Source: Anthoceros angustus
Taxonomy: Eukaryota > Plantae > Anthocerotophyta
Direction: 5' to 3'
NCBI GenBank assembly: GCA_010909165.1
Contig: MU008159.1
Coordinates: 1,612,001-1,676,000, forward strand
DNA: 64,000 bases
Part shown: one piece after another, positions 1 to 15,390 of the stretch
Numbering within the stretch: the stretch's first letter is position 1
Layout: each line of letters begins with the position of its first letter
Notes under the pieces: generated by a model
What the model saw: only the letters and a program-made list of their open reading frames with translations
What the model was told of the DNA's origin: nothing
Database searches by the model: none
Position numbers and translations under genes: made by a program

Positions 1-3000
1 GTAGATTTTCTTAGACTTCTCACTTGTGACGCCCTTAGACCGAAATGCAGCCATTAGCCTGTAGTGGCGAGACATGGAAGTATTAGCACTGGTACTGCCA
101 TGCCTCGTGTACTCAAGTGAGATTGCATCGACATCTCAGAAAAAGAGCACCTGACATCGGAAACCCCATCAAGTTCCTGCAGCAAAGCAGATCCAGCGCT
201 GACAGATAGCCCAAGCCCCTTCAGAACATCCAGCTTTGTATTAATCAACAGAGCTGATAAACCTGTAGACAATGCATTCATGTGAATCAGCTAGGGGCAT
301 AAATTTGAACAGCAGGCAGAGAGGATACGTTAAAGCACGGAAGCTGTAGGGACCATCAGACTGCTGTGATATACCTGCTCTACTGACTCTGATATCTTTG
401 CTTCTGACGAAGCCTACAGCTTGCATCTCTGACAAGAGGGAAAACCTCTTTCCACCTCCGATCTCAAGCCACGCCATCGAAGAATCCTCCGTCCATGTGG
501 ATGTTGGGGGGTTGGAGTCCATGAACCCAGGGATTAAAAGCTCCAGATATTGACCATACAATGCTCCCCACACATTCTCTCCATCAACATTTGCAAGCAA
601 TGAAAGCAACTGTATGCCTGCATCCACTACCATCTTGTGCAGTTCCACTCGCAGAACATCTTTGTGGCTCTTTGGTGAAACCAGTGTTACCAGTGGAGTT
701 GTGCTTGCTGAGATAAGGCTCCAACCCAAATCCGCAGCAGTCCCACCATGCAAGGCAGTAAGGACTGTTTCCAGTATAAATTCAACCGTAGCATTATATT
801 TTAAAGGGCCGGGTACAGCCTGACTATCTTCGTAGTCTGAACACAAGCAAGTGGCCAATAATCTCCGCTGAACCACCAGGACAGATACACAACAAGTTAA
901 GGACATGCATGGCGGCAAGCATGCTGAATGCTTCTGCAAAAAGTTCAGGTAGGCTATCATCTGCAACAAAAAAGGAAACAGAAAAGTGTTCAGTATCCAA
1001 GGCAACCCAGGCTGCTATTATTTAATCGTGGTGTAAAATTGAACTCAGGCAATAAGAAGTCATACCACTTGCACTGAGCTCTCTGTCTGGAATGCCAGCT
1101 GTAAGGAAGGCGCCAATGCTGCAACCAAACTAGCCTTTGTGGGGACCTCACTTATGGACTGGAGCCAGTCACAGCTATCCCGACCACTTGATCCACATGC
1201 AACCCCAGCATCTGACAACCCATCTACACAGACATGCTCTAAACTTGGTTCAGAAAGAACCTCAGCGAATAGAAGTGTAAAACACCTCCGTGCGCAAGAA
1301 CGGGCAAGACTACTTCTGGAAGCCAGCTTTTTGGCGAGGAACCCCACTATCATTTTGACATCACTGTCACCCAGTTGACTGTCTGCTGTTAAGATCTTAT
1401 GAAGGTTGGAAATAACTCCAGATACATCAACCAGATGTGTTTCACAGGTGACTGGTGATCCCTCGTGCATGTACAGTAGCTCACACTGTATAGGCCAACA
1501 GAAAAAAGTTAGTTAGTGAATCCACTCAAGACCACTGAGAGCAAGCTCAACGGAAATTACAATGCAGGAAAGTCCCTACCTGCCACAAACAAGGTAGAGC
1601 TGTCATCGCATCTGGATCCGAGAGTAATATTTTCTCCAGCCAAGGCCAAGCTTGTCGCAATGTCTGCAGTTAAGATTTTAAGTCACCTGTGTGTTTCCAT
1701 TTTAGCACCTGAAGGACTCAGCATCAAACCTACTTTCAAAACTTAGCAGGCATCACTGGTGGGATAGTGACACCCTGGAAGACATCTTAAAAAGCCAAAG
1801 AGTTCACCACCAATCCATCACCTCACGACGAATTTTTAATGCACAGTGAAACCAGATACTTGTCCACACCTGGCAGCTTGTAACATGTCCAAAGAAATTG
1901 GGGCTTCTGCACTTCCGCAGCATGCGACCCAGCTGATACATGTCATTAATGTGATCCACCTGCTGAAGTACAGAGGTAGGGGGTTGTCTGGTTGGCCCTT
2001 CTTGATTAAGTACCATCACATTCCCCTTCCACTCCTCTCCTTTAAAAGGCCACAGAACAGGAGTCTTTGTTTCACTCGCAGCTTGAGCAAAGAATGCTGA
2101 TATTGCTTCCTCAGCTTTGATGTCCCTCTGAACAGCTTCAGTTTCGAGTTTCTCAGCTTCAGTTTCGAGTTTCTCAGCTTCAGTTTCGAGTTTCTCAGCT
2201 TCAAATTTGTTTACTCCATCCCCACTGCACACATACAAAAAAAGAGGAAAAAACAAAATCAAGCATATGACACACAGCAGTTTATAAAGCATCGTCACAT
2301 CGAACTACCTTAACCACTTCACTTACTGATGAAATGAAAGGCCTTTCCTGCCTGTAAGAAGAACTTCCATGAAGAACCGCATACTAGGATAGTTGAGCCA
2401 AACAAACTGACCAATGGTTGTCGGATTGCACACAGCTATAATCAGAACAACCAGTGAAGCCCGCCAGTATATATCCTTCAACTGCAGAAATCCAGAACAA
2501 CGAACCAGTTAGGCGTGATCCACAGACAAGCCAGCACTAGAAAAACAATGGATCACACGACGTCTCCCGACCAACAAGAAGATGAAGAGGGCACCGGTTA
2601 AACATTACAACAAACTGCAGCCGAGAGTTGGCTTGTAGATGTACAGTTGCAAGCTTGAATATAGCTGCAGGAAGCTGCAACACTCTACAAAAGTCAACAC
2701 AGCAGAATATATCCTTAAATGCAAACAAACCAGAGCAATACTTCACAGAAGAAATGACTACGTGTTGACTAACCTGCTCACTTTTTGCAATGAGTGAACC
2801 ATCTATGAGGTTTTGTAGCTTTGCTGCTCTCCATACCAGACCTTCGATTATATTTACGGCTTCAGCTTGAGTCATAGGAGACGTCTGTCAGAGAAGAAAA
2901 CCAACACTTGGTTTTGGACACTTGGGTTTGGACAAACACAACCGATAAAATTTTCCCGAAGAAGTGGGACATAGAACAGTTGAAAACATAGAAGCTTCCT

Positions 3001-6000
3001 TGTAAAAAGTTGCTAACGGTAAAAGCACAACGCTCACTGATAATCCCATCAAAATCAGACGAGCCAATATGTCTTCGGGTGCCCGAATACAAGATGTCAG
3101 TAACTTGTAAGAAAGCATATCAAGGTCCCCAGCATTATCTGGGTTGATGAAATACACCTGATTTCATGAACAACACAGAAAATGCACGCAGCTTAGGCTG
3201 TTAAAATACTTGCACATATGAATCACAACCTTTCTGAGCCAAGAACTGGGATCGGGAAGCACATGGAACTTACTTCTGGGCCTTCCAGAAACAGAAACTG
3301 TCGTACAATCTGCGAGAACTCATTTTCTTGAATGTGAGGAAGGTACACAGCAAGCACTTCAGTGCACCACGCCATAGCATCTTCCTGAGTCAAAAAGATT
3401 TTTATGTGTCAACCTGGGCTCCAGAGTTCCAGTAATACAGGAACATTGCTTTCAAAAGTTCTCATATTGGACTAACCAGAGGACCAATTGTGTATCCTAC
3501 CCAACCTGAAGATTTGCAGTGTCAATGCTGAATTTTTCCATTAGCGCAAGCTTCTCTCTGACTGATGAGACGCTTGAACCTAAAGGATGAGACTGATTTC
3601 CAGGTCCAGCTGCTGGAGGAGTTGAAGGCGAGGTGATAGCAACTACTAATCCATCGTCAGCTGTATAGACAGCGACGGCATGCAGCAACAGCTGACAGAC
3701 GAGATCGACGATCTATGGGAAATGCTAGTGTGTGAGTTCAGATTGTCGGATCTGTATCCAAAAGAGTAAAAGGAAAGAACGTACAGGACATTGAGCTGTA
3801 CAGCAGAAGGGTGGGCATGAAAAACCTGCTTAAGCCATGTCTGCTTCAAGACCTCAGCCTGCTCTTCCATAGCAGGCCAAGGCTGCATCAGCCCATGACA
3901 AAATGCATGCACATTTATATCTGTGCCCACTTGTCTCATAATCCTGTAGAACAAAGACAGTCACTACAATATTTGTAGGAGAAAGAGAAACTACAGAGAA
4001 TGAAAATAAGCATCATAACAGACCTTCGAACAAGGTCCCTTAGTTGCTGTCGTGACTCATCATTAGCAGCAAGATCCTACAAAAGAGAAAGCATTAATAA
4101 TAATGACAGCAGACACCACAGCCTCAGCTGCTTGCCAACCCACATATGTGAACGACTATCAAGAGATGCAGCCATCGCCAACTACCAGAGAACTCACTTG
4201 AAATATCAAAGCCAACTCGTGCTCAGGAGGAGGATGGTCGGGCATGGCCTTCAAAACAGTGGCAATGCTTTTCACATTGTGTGCATTCCTGTTGTTCATC
4301 TCTGCAGTCACAAATGTCTGGAGGAGATTCCAATTAAGTACTCATGGACACGCCAGCCATGTACTATACTTCTAAAACAGGCAACTCCTTCAAAGCTAGA
4401 AATGGACACCTTCAATGCTAGTGTTGCATACTCAGGCCTCCTCCGCACCAGCTGAGTAACCATGTCTGCGAAAATATTCCCATGGGGCGCCTTCATCTAA
4501 CAAACGACTCGTGCATCAGGAAACATAGACCATCCAATCACTGAGACAAACTATACATTGAAGTGCTGTAATGGATTCCGATCAGCTGGTCAGCACCTAA
4601 TGCAATCAAGCCCCGAGGCAGACCTGGCCAGGGACTTGCAGTGATGGCACTCTCAAAGCTAACAGATTAGCCACAGTATTGAAATCGTTTTCAGAAGTAG
4701 AATGTGTATGTTTCACAATGCGGTCCAGAAGAGCCTTCGCGGAACGCACATGGACAGTATTGTTTAGCCAGCCCTCCAGCATGCTTGAGCCCACAACCCG
4801 TACCTCCTCATACCCAGCCCCTTGCATTAATAATCTGCACGAATCAGGAGACCGATTATTGTATGGCGGAAGTACATCGACAGTACACCCACAACAGGCA
4901 GCATAAACACAACCGGAAACGACAACGATAAAGTGACACGAGTATGAACCCAGCAAATTCACCAACAATGGCTTGCTGGCACACCTCAAGAGAGTGCGAG
5001 GATTTTCCTTTGCCACATTAGCTGTCAGCAGCTGGTTCAAGGCTGATAAGAACTTTGTCCGGACCTGTTGCCGTACTTCATCTCCAGGGTACCTATTTCG
5101 AAATGCAGGCTGAAACATGGGCCCAGTCATCTGGTCAGCTATGAAATTTACCCGTCCACCCACTCACTTCCATCTCAGCTTGATAACCCCCACAGTCTAA
5201 AACTGAAGGTCTAAGTACAGGCTAGTGCACAGTATAAGATGAAAGACGTTCATGTACTGATACCTGGGATGCAGGTCCATGAGCCGATTCTGCAGTTCTG
5301 CAAGATCACAGCGACCTGGTTACTCAAACAGTCAACACAAAGCACATCAAGGTGATAGAACGTCAGCTTCATACATCACATGCCACAAGACGACCAGACA
5401 CTCACCCGTGAGAGTCAGGCCTGCTTGTGTCTTCTGAAGGTCCCACTCCATCCTGACAGCCCCAGTTGTCAGGGCAACAGAAACGAACGATTCCACCATT
5501 ACTATGGATCACACGATAACAGGGTTCAGAATAGGTGTCACAGGTCTCACCAGACTGGCATCTGGGAAAGCTGTAAGAACGTTTGTGACAAACTCTTTAC
5601 ACCCTTCATGTTCTATCCACGAGCGAGCTCCGGTAGCATCCTCTAGATAGTGCTGCAAAATCCGAAAACAGAACGCAGCACTTTCTTCATGAATGCTCTT
5701 CACGTGTACAGAGCCACAAAGGAACGACCTTCAGCTGTTGACTGCTCTCACCTCCACGAAATCTAATGGCCACACAGCATCAGCTGCGAAAGCTCTATGG
5801 AGCAGTTTGCATGCCACAAGGGGCAGCACAAGCGGTCTCTTGGTGGGAGGCTGGCTCTTGCCCAAACCGAAGAAGCTGAGCAACACCTGAGGCAGACAAC
5901 AGCCAGCAGTGAAACCCAGTGTTTTACCAAATGCAAAACGCACGACGCCGACAGCAGCCATAACAACGAACCTGGAATGTCCTGGGTAGTCGAAAAGACT

Positions 6001-6908
6001 CAGGAAACTTCTTCGACACGTACAAGCAACTGAGAAGGTGATATTTACTAGGACTGGTCACGTTCTTCGCCAGCTCTTCACAAGCGTCTGCGAGCACAGC
6101 ATCCAGAGCCTCCACATTCGCTCCTTGAAGGGCACCCCATGCAGCCCGCAGAATATCAAGATCTGCAAGCCACGGCCACATCATCCATCAGCCTCCTTGC
6201 ACACAGCCACATCAACCTGGCCTGCTCACACCTCAAGTGCAAAGGGCAGCGAATTCCACCTTCCTCGATCCCCAGGGCTGCCATCTGAATTCCAACGGTG
6301 AAGGAACACAACATGCCAGAACTAACACGCTGACAAAAATTCTACCCCAAACAAATTCAACCCGCACTCTCCACAGGATACACTCTCCACCTGCCGGGCC
6401 AGCAGCGGTGCCACCGCAGCCGACGGCCTAACATCTTCCTGCTCCACCGGAGCCTCCAAACCCACGTCTTCATTCACAGTGCCCCCGCCCCCGGCCTCCT
6501 CAGCCCCCTGACCGGCCTCAACTCCAGAATCCGGAGCTGCGGACACCGGTTCGGGCAGCGGCTGCAATTTCTCCGCCACTGCCTCCTGCTGCGCAACCGG
6601 AGCAGGGGCCTCACCCAGCCATCCAGCGCCCTCCTGCAAACCTCCTCCTCCGCCACAGGCGCATTCAGATCAAACCCTCGCGGAGTAGCATTCAGATCCA
6701 GCTCCGGCGTCGGGGCCGGGGCCGGGGCCGGGGCCGGAGCCGGAGCCGGAGCCGGAGCGGGGGCCGGAGCCGGGGCCAGAGCCGGGGCCACAGCCACAGC
6801 CGGCGCCGGGGCCTCATCCTCGTCCGCGCTCCGGTTGTCCACGAGTCGACGAATTTTCCTCCGCGACCCCGTGGGATTCTTGGAAGCTCCACCCCCATGC
6901 AGTGGCCG
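1..6908 (-). CDS. INTS1: Integrator complex subunit 1 homologue, multi-exon; 3' part continues beyond window start; first exon (6391-6908) tentative
   Basis: Spliced exons give LLSCLYVSKKFPESF...LPLVACKLLHRAFAADAVWPLDFVE|HYLEDATGARSWIEHEGCKEFVTNVLTAFP and YEEVRVVGSSMLEGWLNNTVHVRSAKALLDRIVKHTHSTSENDFNTVANLLALR. These resemble the N-terminal blocks of animal INTS1 as I recall them (WPEIFVKVYIEDSLGERIWVD..CKTFVDNIQTAF; EVR...LEMWLQN). Many GT-AG introns. Confidence 0.8.
2137..2202 (-). repeat. 21-bp coding tandem repeat x3 (EAEKLET) in an INTS1 exon
   Basis: GAAGCTGAGAAACTCGAAACT occurs three times in frame on the minus strand. Confidence 0.9.
6705..6812 (-). repeat. Hexamer repeat (GCCCCG/GCTCCG) encoding a Pro-Ala tract
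   Basis: (gccggg/gccgga)n on the + strand; translates as APAPAPAP in ORF 6474..6923. Confidence 0.9.
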
Positions 6909-7880
6909 CTGCACCGCCCGCAATCAAGCACACACCCAGTGAGGCACAGATTTGGCAAAACCCATCTCCCCTCCGATTCAATTCAGCAACACCCTCACCT
7001 TCATCTCGGCTTGCGTCTCATCTAGTGCTTCGAATTCCAATTCCCCTCCGCGCCCAGCAAGGCCTTCACATTATTGCACCCCGGTGCCGCCCACATCGCC
7101 CGCTTCCCGTCCAATACTTTTTTCTCCCCCACAAAAAATTGCAGCCTTCTCTGCCCTCAATTCCCGGTCCCAGCTCCGCTGCCGTCTCTCCTGCTGTACC
7201 TGAACCGTCCACGGCAAAGCGAAGGGGAGGCTCGTCACTCGAAAGTGCAGCAAGGAAAGCGTCTTTCCAGCTGTATTAGTAGTAATTTAGTACCTGAAGC
7301 AAATTTGAGACACCTAATCCAACTCCACACAAATTTGACAAATCGTGCCTCGTGCCTACGCAGTATCTACATACACAATGTTCTCAATCCAGACAAAACG
7401 ATCTCGCACTCAGCAGGCGGGCTCCACTCCACGTCTTTCGCTTTTCTCTGCCACAAAAAAGCAATACACGCCCTCCTCTCCACTCACCACTGTCCACTCT
7501 CACACTCACGTCTTTTATCTTATAAATGGACACACATTTATAGGATAAAAGCATCTGCGCTTGGATGAGTAGTAGCTTAGTCACCCCACGGTACAAGTTG
7601 TCAAAGTTGAAGTCCCGTGGTAATGGGCTCTTTATTATTCCAGACTACTACATCTTGGGGGCAGTAAATAGTTTCAAGGCTCTCGTGACATAGGTAGGCC
7701 CTTCCTTCATCCCTGACCACGAGATTCTTGGTGCGGCGATCGCGGGGCTAGTATGGAATACCGATCTCCGTCACGCAGCATCCGCATTTTTTTAGGGTTG
7801 TGGACAGAAAGAAATCGTAGTCGCATACGGCGGAACTATTTCGGCACGTCATGCATGACCACATCGGTTGGGGCTGCGAC

Positions 7881-10800
7881 CAGGATGTCATTTTGACCAA
7901 GTACTATCTCAGTCCCCGAGACCGCCTAGCCTGGCTACGCTTGGTCCCGGACCGAGCAGGGACCGTGCCTATTTGGTATATTCTATCATCGGGGCTGGTC
8001 TTTCCAAGCTTTAAAAATACCATTCCAATCTATCTCCTTACCAGGCGGACCATTGATGGATATACTCATCAATGCATCAAGGGTCAAAATATTAAGATTA
8101 GTTCTCATGTTATTCATCACAAGGTTTTGTTTAGAAAATCCCCGCTCACATATAGCAGTACTACAAGGTATGACCAAACATAATTCCCAAAGACGTAATA
8201 TAAAGGGTGTCAGTACTACCCACTCCCGAGTTGTTGAGTATATTTTGTAAGCTGCTAACATACTCAATCCAGCACAAGAAGACTTCAAGATGGACACAAA
8301 TGTTAGCAACTCAGCTTAACACACTTCATCAACTACAAAAGGGTCGACAACATTAAAATTTGCATCCAAAGAGTTAGTTCCAAACTTTTTCAACAATACC
8401 TCTAACAAACTATTAACTAATGTATCGCTCATGCATCTTGAGGATAAAATTTAGGATGAATAGACGACAAGCATGCAACACACAAAGATCGAAACTTATT
8501 ATTCATTGCATCAACAACAGCTAAAGCATATTTGTTAGCACTAGCAATGCAAGAACTTAGTTCACTTTCAAAGTAGTCAGATATTACAAAACCCTCATAC
8601 ACTCCATGTCTTTTTTTCAAGTTTTTAATGAAAGAGAAAAGCTTTCTACTTCCCATACTCACCCTATCAACTTTATACATACTTTTCACCTGTTCAACAA
8701 CAAAATCTATGAGGGGAGCTATGATAACTAGCTCCAGATAATCACGTTGAAAGTTAGTATTCAAGGAATTAAGGACCTCTAAAATATCTGATAAAAAGTG
8801 AAATGAAAACACGACCTTAGTAGTTAGTAAAGCTTGGAAGACAGTCTTCCCCTACAAAGAAGAAGAACTACTTGGACCATTAATGACTTTTGGCCAATTT
8901 AGGCTCTCATCCTCGTGAGCAAATTTAAGTAAAGCTGGTAAAAGACAAACTATTCTACTCATGGCTTGACCTCTAGACAACCAACGGACATCATGAATTC
9001 CTGATACAGTTAAGACTTGCATTTCTAATTGCACTTGCAATTCACGCAAAGCCGTAGTCTTCTTACTTGAATGATGAAGAGCAACGTACAATTTCTTGAC
9101 AATCTTGTCCGCCACCTCAAAGTCGGGAACCTTGGATGCTGCCTCTGCAGCTGCAAGCGCCGTGCGGTGAGCAACACAATGAGTTTGAGCAAAATACGGA
9201 TTCACATTCCGCAGAAACTTCACAACATTGTGATCTCCTTGGCCTTGCCAATCATGACTGATGCTCCATCGCTTGCAAATCCACTCATTTTTTTGATGTC
9301 CAGATCAAAGAGTTGCAATTACTCAACCAAGGCGTTGAAGATCGTTTCCGCACATGCACTTTTTATGTTGGCTAGCTTCAAAAACTCCGTTTGTACCGTC
9401 TCATTATGCAAAAAATACACATAAATAATTATGTGTTGCACCATCGCCTTGTCTATCCCCTCATCTATGAATATCCCCATACCATGGACTTGCACGCAAC
9501 CTCTCCTTACATTGTTCGTAAAAATTGGCTATGAGAACCACATGCTCCTTGCAAGCACTATCTAAGATATGAACCATATGTCTTCACCTGGAATGCCTTC
9601 CACTCCAATATCCCCCATGAACTCACAAAGGTCCTCGTACATATGGAAACTCAAATCCTTCTTAGCAATGAAATAAGCGAACTTCAACAAGTTGAGAATC
9701 TCCTTATCCTTTTGGAAAAATGCATTTCCAAAGTTCGTTGCATGGTTGGTTGTTGAGCCTTGGCTTGGGCTTGCTCCATCTTGATGGCTAAATGATATGT
9801 ACTCCTTGCATGGTCCTCCAATGCACTCTTGAAAGTTCGACCAACTTTTACCCAAGCTTGAGTCATGACCTTAGCTTGTCCCACTACACCATGACCATGT
9901 TTTTCACAAAACAACACAAAACATTCGATTCTCTCCATTGATTGAGCGCAACTCCACCAAATGAAATGTAACCTTCCATTCTTCCTTGAAGACTCTTGCC
10001 TTTGCACCTTTTGTCTTTTGACTCGGTTGGCTTGTTTGGCTATTGTCGCCACTCCTTCTTTGGTCATCATGTGGAGCTCCTCAAAAAAACCCGGATGCTG
10101 AACTTTGAGAAAAATGAGCCATCTTTACCAGCAAATGTTTTAAAAAAATTAATATAGCAAATGAAGAGCCAAAAAACAAAGCTTTAAAAGAGAAGAGCTT
10201 AAAAAGAGATGAGCTCAAACACAAATGAACTCTAAACCTAAAGAGCTCAAAAAGAGATGAGCTCTAAAAAAGAAGAGCCCTTACCAAGAAAGAACAACAA
10301 GGAGTAAGGAAGAAGAATAAGAAGCAAGAAAGAAGAACAACAAGCATACCACAATGAGGAGAGCAACAATGAGTGATGCTCCAAATTCTAGTGTTGTGGC
10401 GTTATGTACTCTTGAAGGGTGTCTATTCATAGCATGATAGGATAAAAGTCCTATGTAAGCCTATGGTTGAGATACTATATCTTAGTCCATCTTCATGGAT
10501 GAGCGTGCATATCAACAAATTATTGTATAAATTAATAACTACGTTCAAAGCAAAATATTACATATCTACTTTTTATAGATGTATCAAAATAAGCTAATAA
10601 AATCTCATAGAATAAAGGCCCTATTAATAGGCCATGGATGGTATTAGATAAATAAAGTCATAGCCCATAGATCCATGGTAAGTGTCTTTATGACCATACC
10701 AATTATAAGATGGGTCCATGTGTCTATAATATATATAAATCTTTGGATATAAAATTAAGTAATTTAGTAATTTTAAACCGGACCTTTTATGAACCCTCGG

Positions 10801-10924
10801 TCCCCGAAAAAAATAGGGGACCGAATGTGGGGATCGGACTCCTGAAGAACCTCCGGTCCCATATTTTTTTTAACACATGCTGGGACCGAGACTGAGCTTG
10901 GGACGGGGTCAAATTGACACCCTG
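7881..10924 (-). mobile_element. hAT-superfamily DNA transposon with decayed ZNF862-like transposase
   Basis: 18-bp TIRs: CAGGATGTCATTTTGACC (7881-7898) versus reverse complement of 10907-10924, CAGGGTGTCAATTTGACC. 8-bp TSD GCTGCGAC (7873-7880) / GCTGCGGC (10925-10932). Internal hAT motifs. Confidence 0.92.
7986..10070 (-). pseudogene. hAT transposase, frameshifted and interrupted by stops
   Basis: DGASVMIG, HCVAHRTALA (CxxH), DVRWLSR and the C-terminal dimerisation motif IPCSTAICERGFSKQN are split across at least five ORF fragments. Confidence 0.88.
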
Positions 10925-11875
10925 GCTGCGGCCCCCCGGTGTCCCGATGTGGTCAACCTATCTCATGATACACGAAATGATTCCACAACACGCACATAAA
11001 CTTTTCTTCTTTTGGGGTTAGGGTTGCGTTGAGCTCATTTGCGTTGCTGCGCCATTGCGGCACGCAATATGCCATGTCCGCGACCGCGGCATCCACAATT
11101 TGTTAGGGTTGTCAGCGGTTGCGTTAGCGCTGCGCTTACGGTATGCAATGGCGTTTGCGTTGCAGTCATCGTCTGTGTTTGTGGCGCGGCTGAGTGCGTT
11201 TGCCCTTACGTGCAAGGCTGCAGTGTTTGGCACTGGCTGCATACAGGGCTGCAACGTTTCCTAGGCCTGCTGCCTACGGGGGTGCAGTTTCACATAGCAC
11301 CAACTACCCCGAAACAAGCTTGTACCAGAAGAACCAACAGAGAAGGGCTTCCATGAAAACAGTCGCACACATACAATGCTTGCACCCAAAAAAGCCTGCA
11401 GTGCACAAGTGTACAGTTCAAAGGGCCTGCTGGACTACATGACCTGTCCATGCCATCAGATGCCGCTGCCGAATCTGTCACGATTGTGAGTATGCATATT
11501 CTACCGATGGTCGCACCAGACAGATGCGAGAGCGAGAGCGCCAAGACAGATGCGAGAGCGAGAGCGAGCCGAAAGCGAGACCGCGAGATCGAGGCCTTGA
11601 GCAAATGGGAACTGTGCATATGGGCCATACTTGCGAACTAAAATTTGTTGATGTATAGACGTCTTGCCCGCATGTGTAACATGTATGTGTGTTGATGGGA
11701 CCGAAACCCTAAAGAAAACATCTGCATGACACAATCAGGCCTATGATGTGGTACGTATTATACGTGTATTGTATGCAAGTATCTAAAAGATGCCGTGGCA
11801 TATTCCCGTAGCGTACACCCCGAAAAAAAAGAAAGTCACACACACGCTCCCGTGTGACCAGATCGGTATTCCATA

Positions 11876-12412
11876 GGCTAGTCCCCTTGGCCTGGTGCCC
11901 TTACGTGGATTTTTCTCCTTATTAGGGTAGATGGGATTTCTCCATCTCTTTTTCTACAATAAAGTCTCCAAGGTTGGATATTTTCAAGGTAGACAATTGC
12001 GCGGACCCTCTTTAGTGGGTTCTTCTGCCACTCCCTTGGTGCACATGGGACTTCTGTGGTAAGTAGGACTTTTCTTTCTTATTGTTATCAAACTTCGACA
12101 TCTTGGGATAGTTAATAATTTTAGGTGAACCATTGTAGGGACTAGTCCCTTGGCCCAGGGCCCTACGTTGGTTCTTCCCCACTCCCTCCGTTTGTGATAA
12201 ATAGGCCCTTTTTTATTCCAGACTGCATTTGGGGACAATAGGTAGGTAAACAATCGCAAGACTAGTCCCTTGGCCCAGGCCCTTTAAGTGGGGGAAGGGC
12301 AATAGGTAGGTGAATAATCGTGGGACTAGTCCCTTGGCCTAGGCCCTTTTAAGTGGGTTTTTCCCGCCTCGGGGCATATGGGATTTCCCATCTCAGCATA
12401 TCCATAAAGTCT
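11876..12412 (+). repeat. Cluster of modular dispersed-repeat units (CTAGTCCCTTGGCC core x4)
   Basis: Core motif at about 11878, 12141, 12261 and 12325, with shared flanking modules (AATAGGTAGGTRAAYAATCG; ATGGGATTT..CCATCTC; ATAAAGTCT). Related copies at about 7625, 16560, 32460 and 38113. Confidence 0.8.
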
Positions 12413-12646
12413 TCCCATTCTTGTTTACAAGTCCATGAACAGAAATTCGTTCTCAGTGGACTTCAATAAGTATAGGTAGAGATTCGGATGACGTGACTAT
12501 CACTTATTATGCCGAGATACGTACGTATAACATGGAGAATTATTTAATGAATATATGGACCGCCTCCATATATTTATAAGCAGCACCATTCCTTTCTGTC
12601 TTCTCGTGAATTATTGCTGTTAGTTCCGGCGAGGAGGGAGAGCAGG

Positions 12647-14760
<2,114 letters not shown>

Positions 14761-15390
14761 ACTTGTCTGCACCTCACTTTCCAGTGCCTGAGCTGCAGGC
14801 CAGGACGTGGAAAAGACAGGACCAAAGCTCCATCTATGCATGTATTATGTAGGGTCCGACAACTGTCCAGTGGCAGGGGGGCCTTTACGGTTAGAAGACG
14901 AACTACGTAGGCCTTGAACGGGGTTACAGTTGTCTCACGAGTATGTCGGTACCTTCACTTATTTTTAAAGTCTCTTGATGTCAGATGACATCTGGAATTG
15001 TATATAGGCGGCAGGTCTGTCACATTCCTCTGAACTTTGTGGCCACATGTTTGCAAAGGGATTGTTCGTGAATGGCCTCCACGAGGATATTCGCATACGT
15101 GGCACACATTCGCGTATGTTCCAAAAATTGCAGACAGTACGTTTCCAAGCTGCCTTGTTGCAGCGACCCTAAGCAGTCTTTTCTTGAAGGCGAGACACTA
15201 GAGATCATATATCTTTTGCAGGCGACCCTAAGCGATCCTTTTTTGAAGGTTATCTCTATTTTGATGCTTCTAGAAGGCGAGACAGAAGAGATCATATTCT
15301 TCTCTAGCAGGTGACCCTAAGCTGCCTTCTTTGCAAGCAAAGCAACAAAGATCATGACATTCGGCTTTGCACAGCCCCAGGACGCCTAAC

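Noticed and set aside
11017-11630. GCGTT-rich and (GCGAGA)n segments with small ORFs
   Set aside because: Low-complexity or TE debris; no paired termini or protein motif found.
11876-12412. CRISPR-like array of CTAGTCCCTTGGCC repeats
   Set aside because: Eukaryotic context, irregular spacing, spacers homologous to each other and no cas genes; this is a modular repeat.
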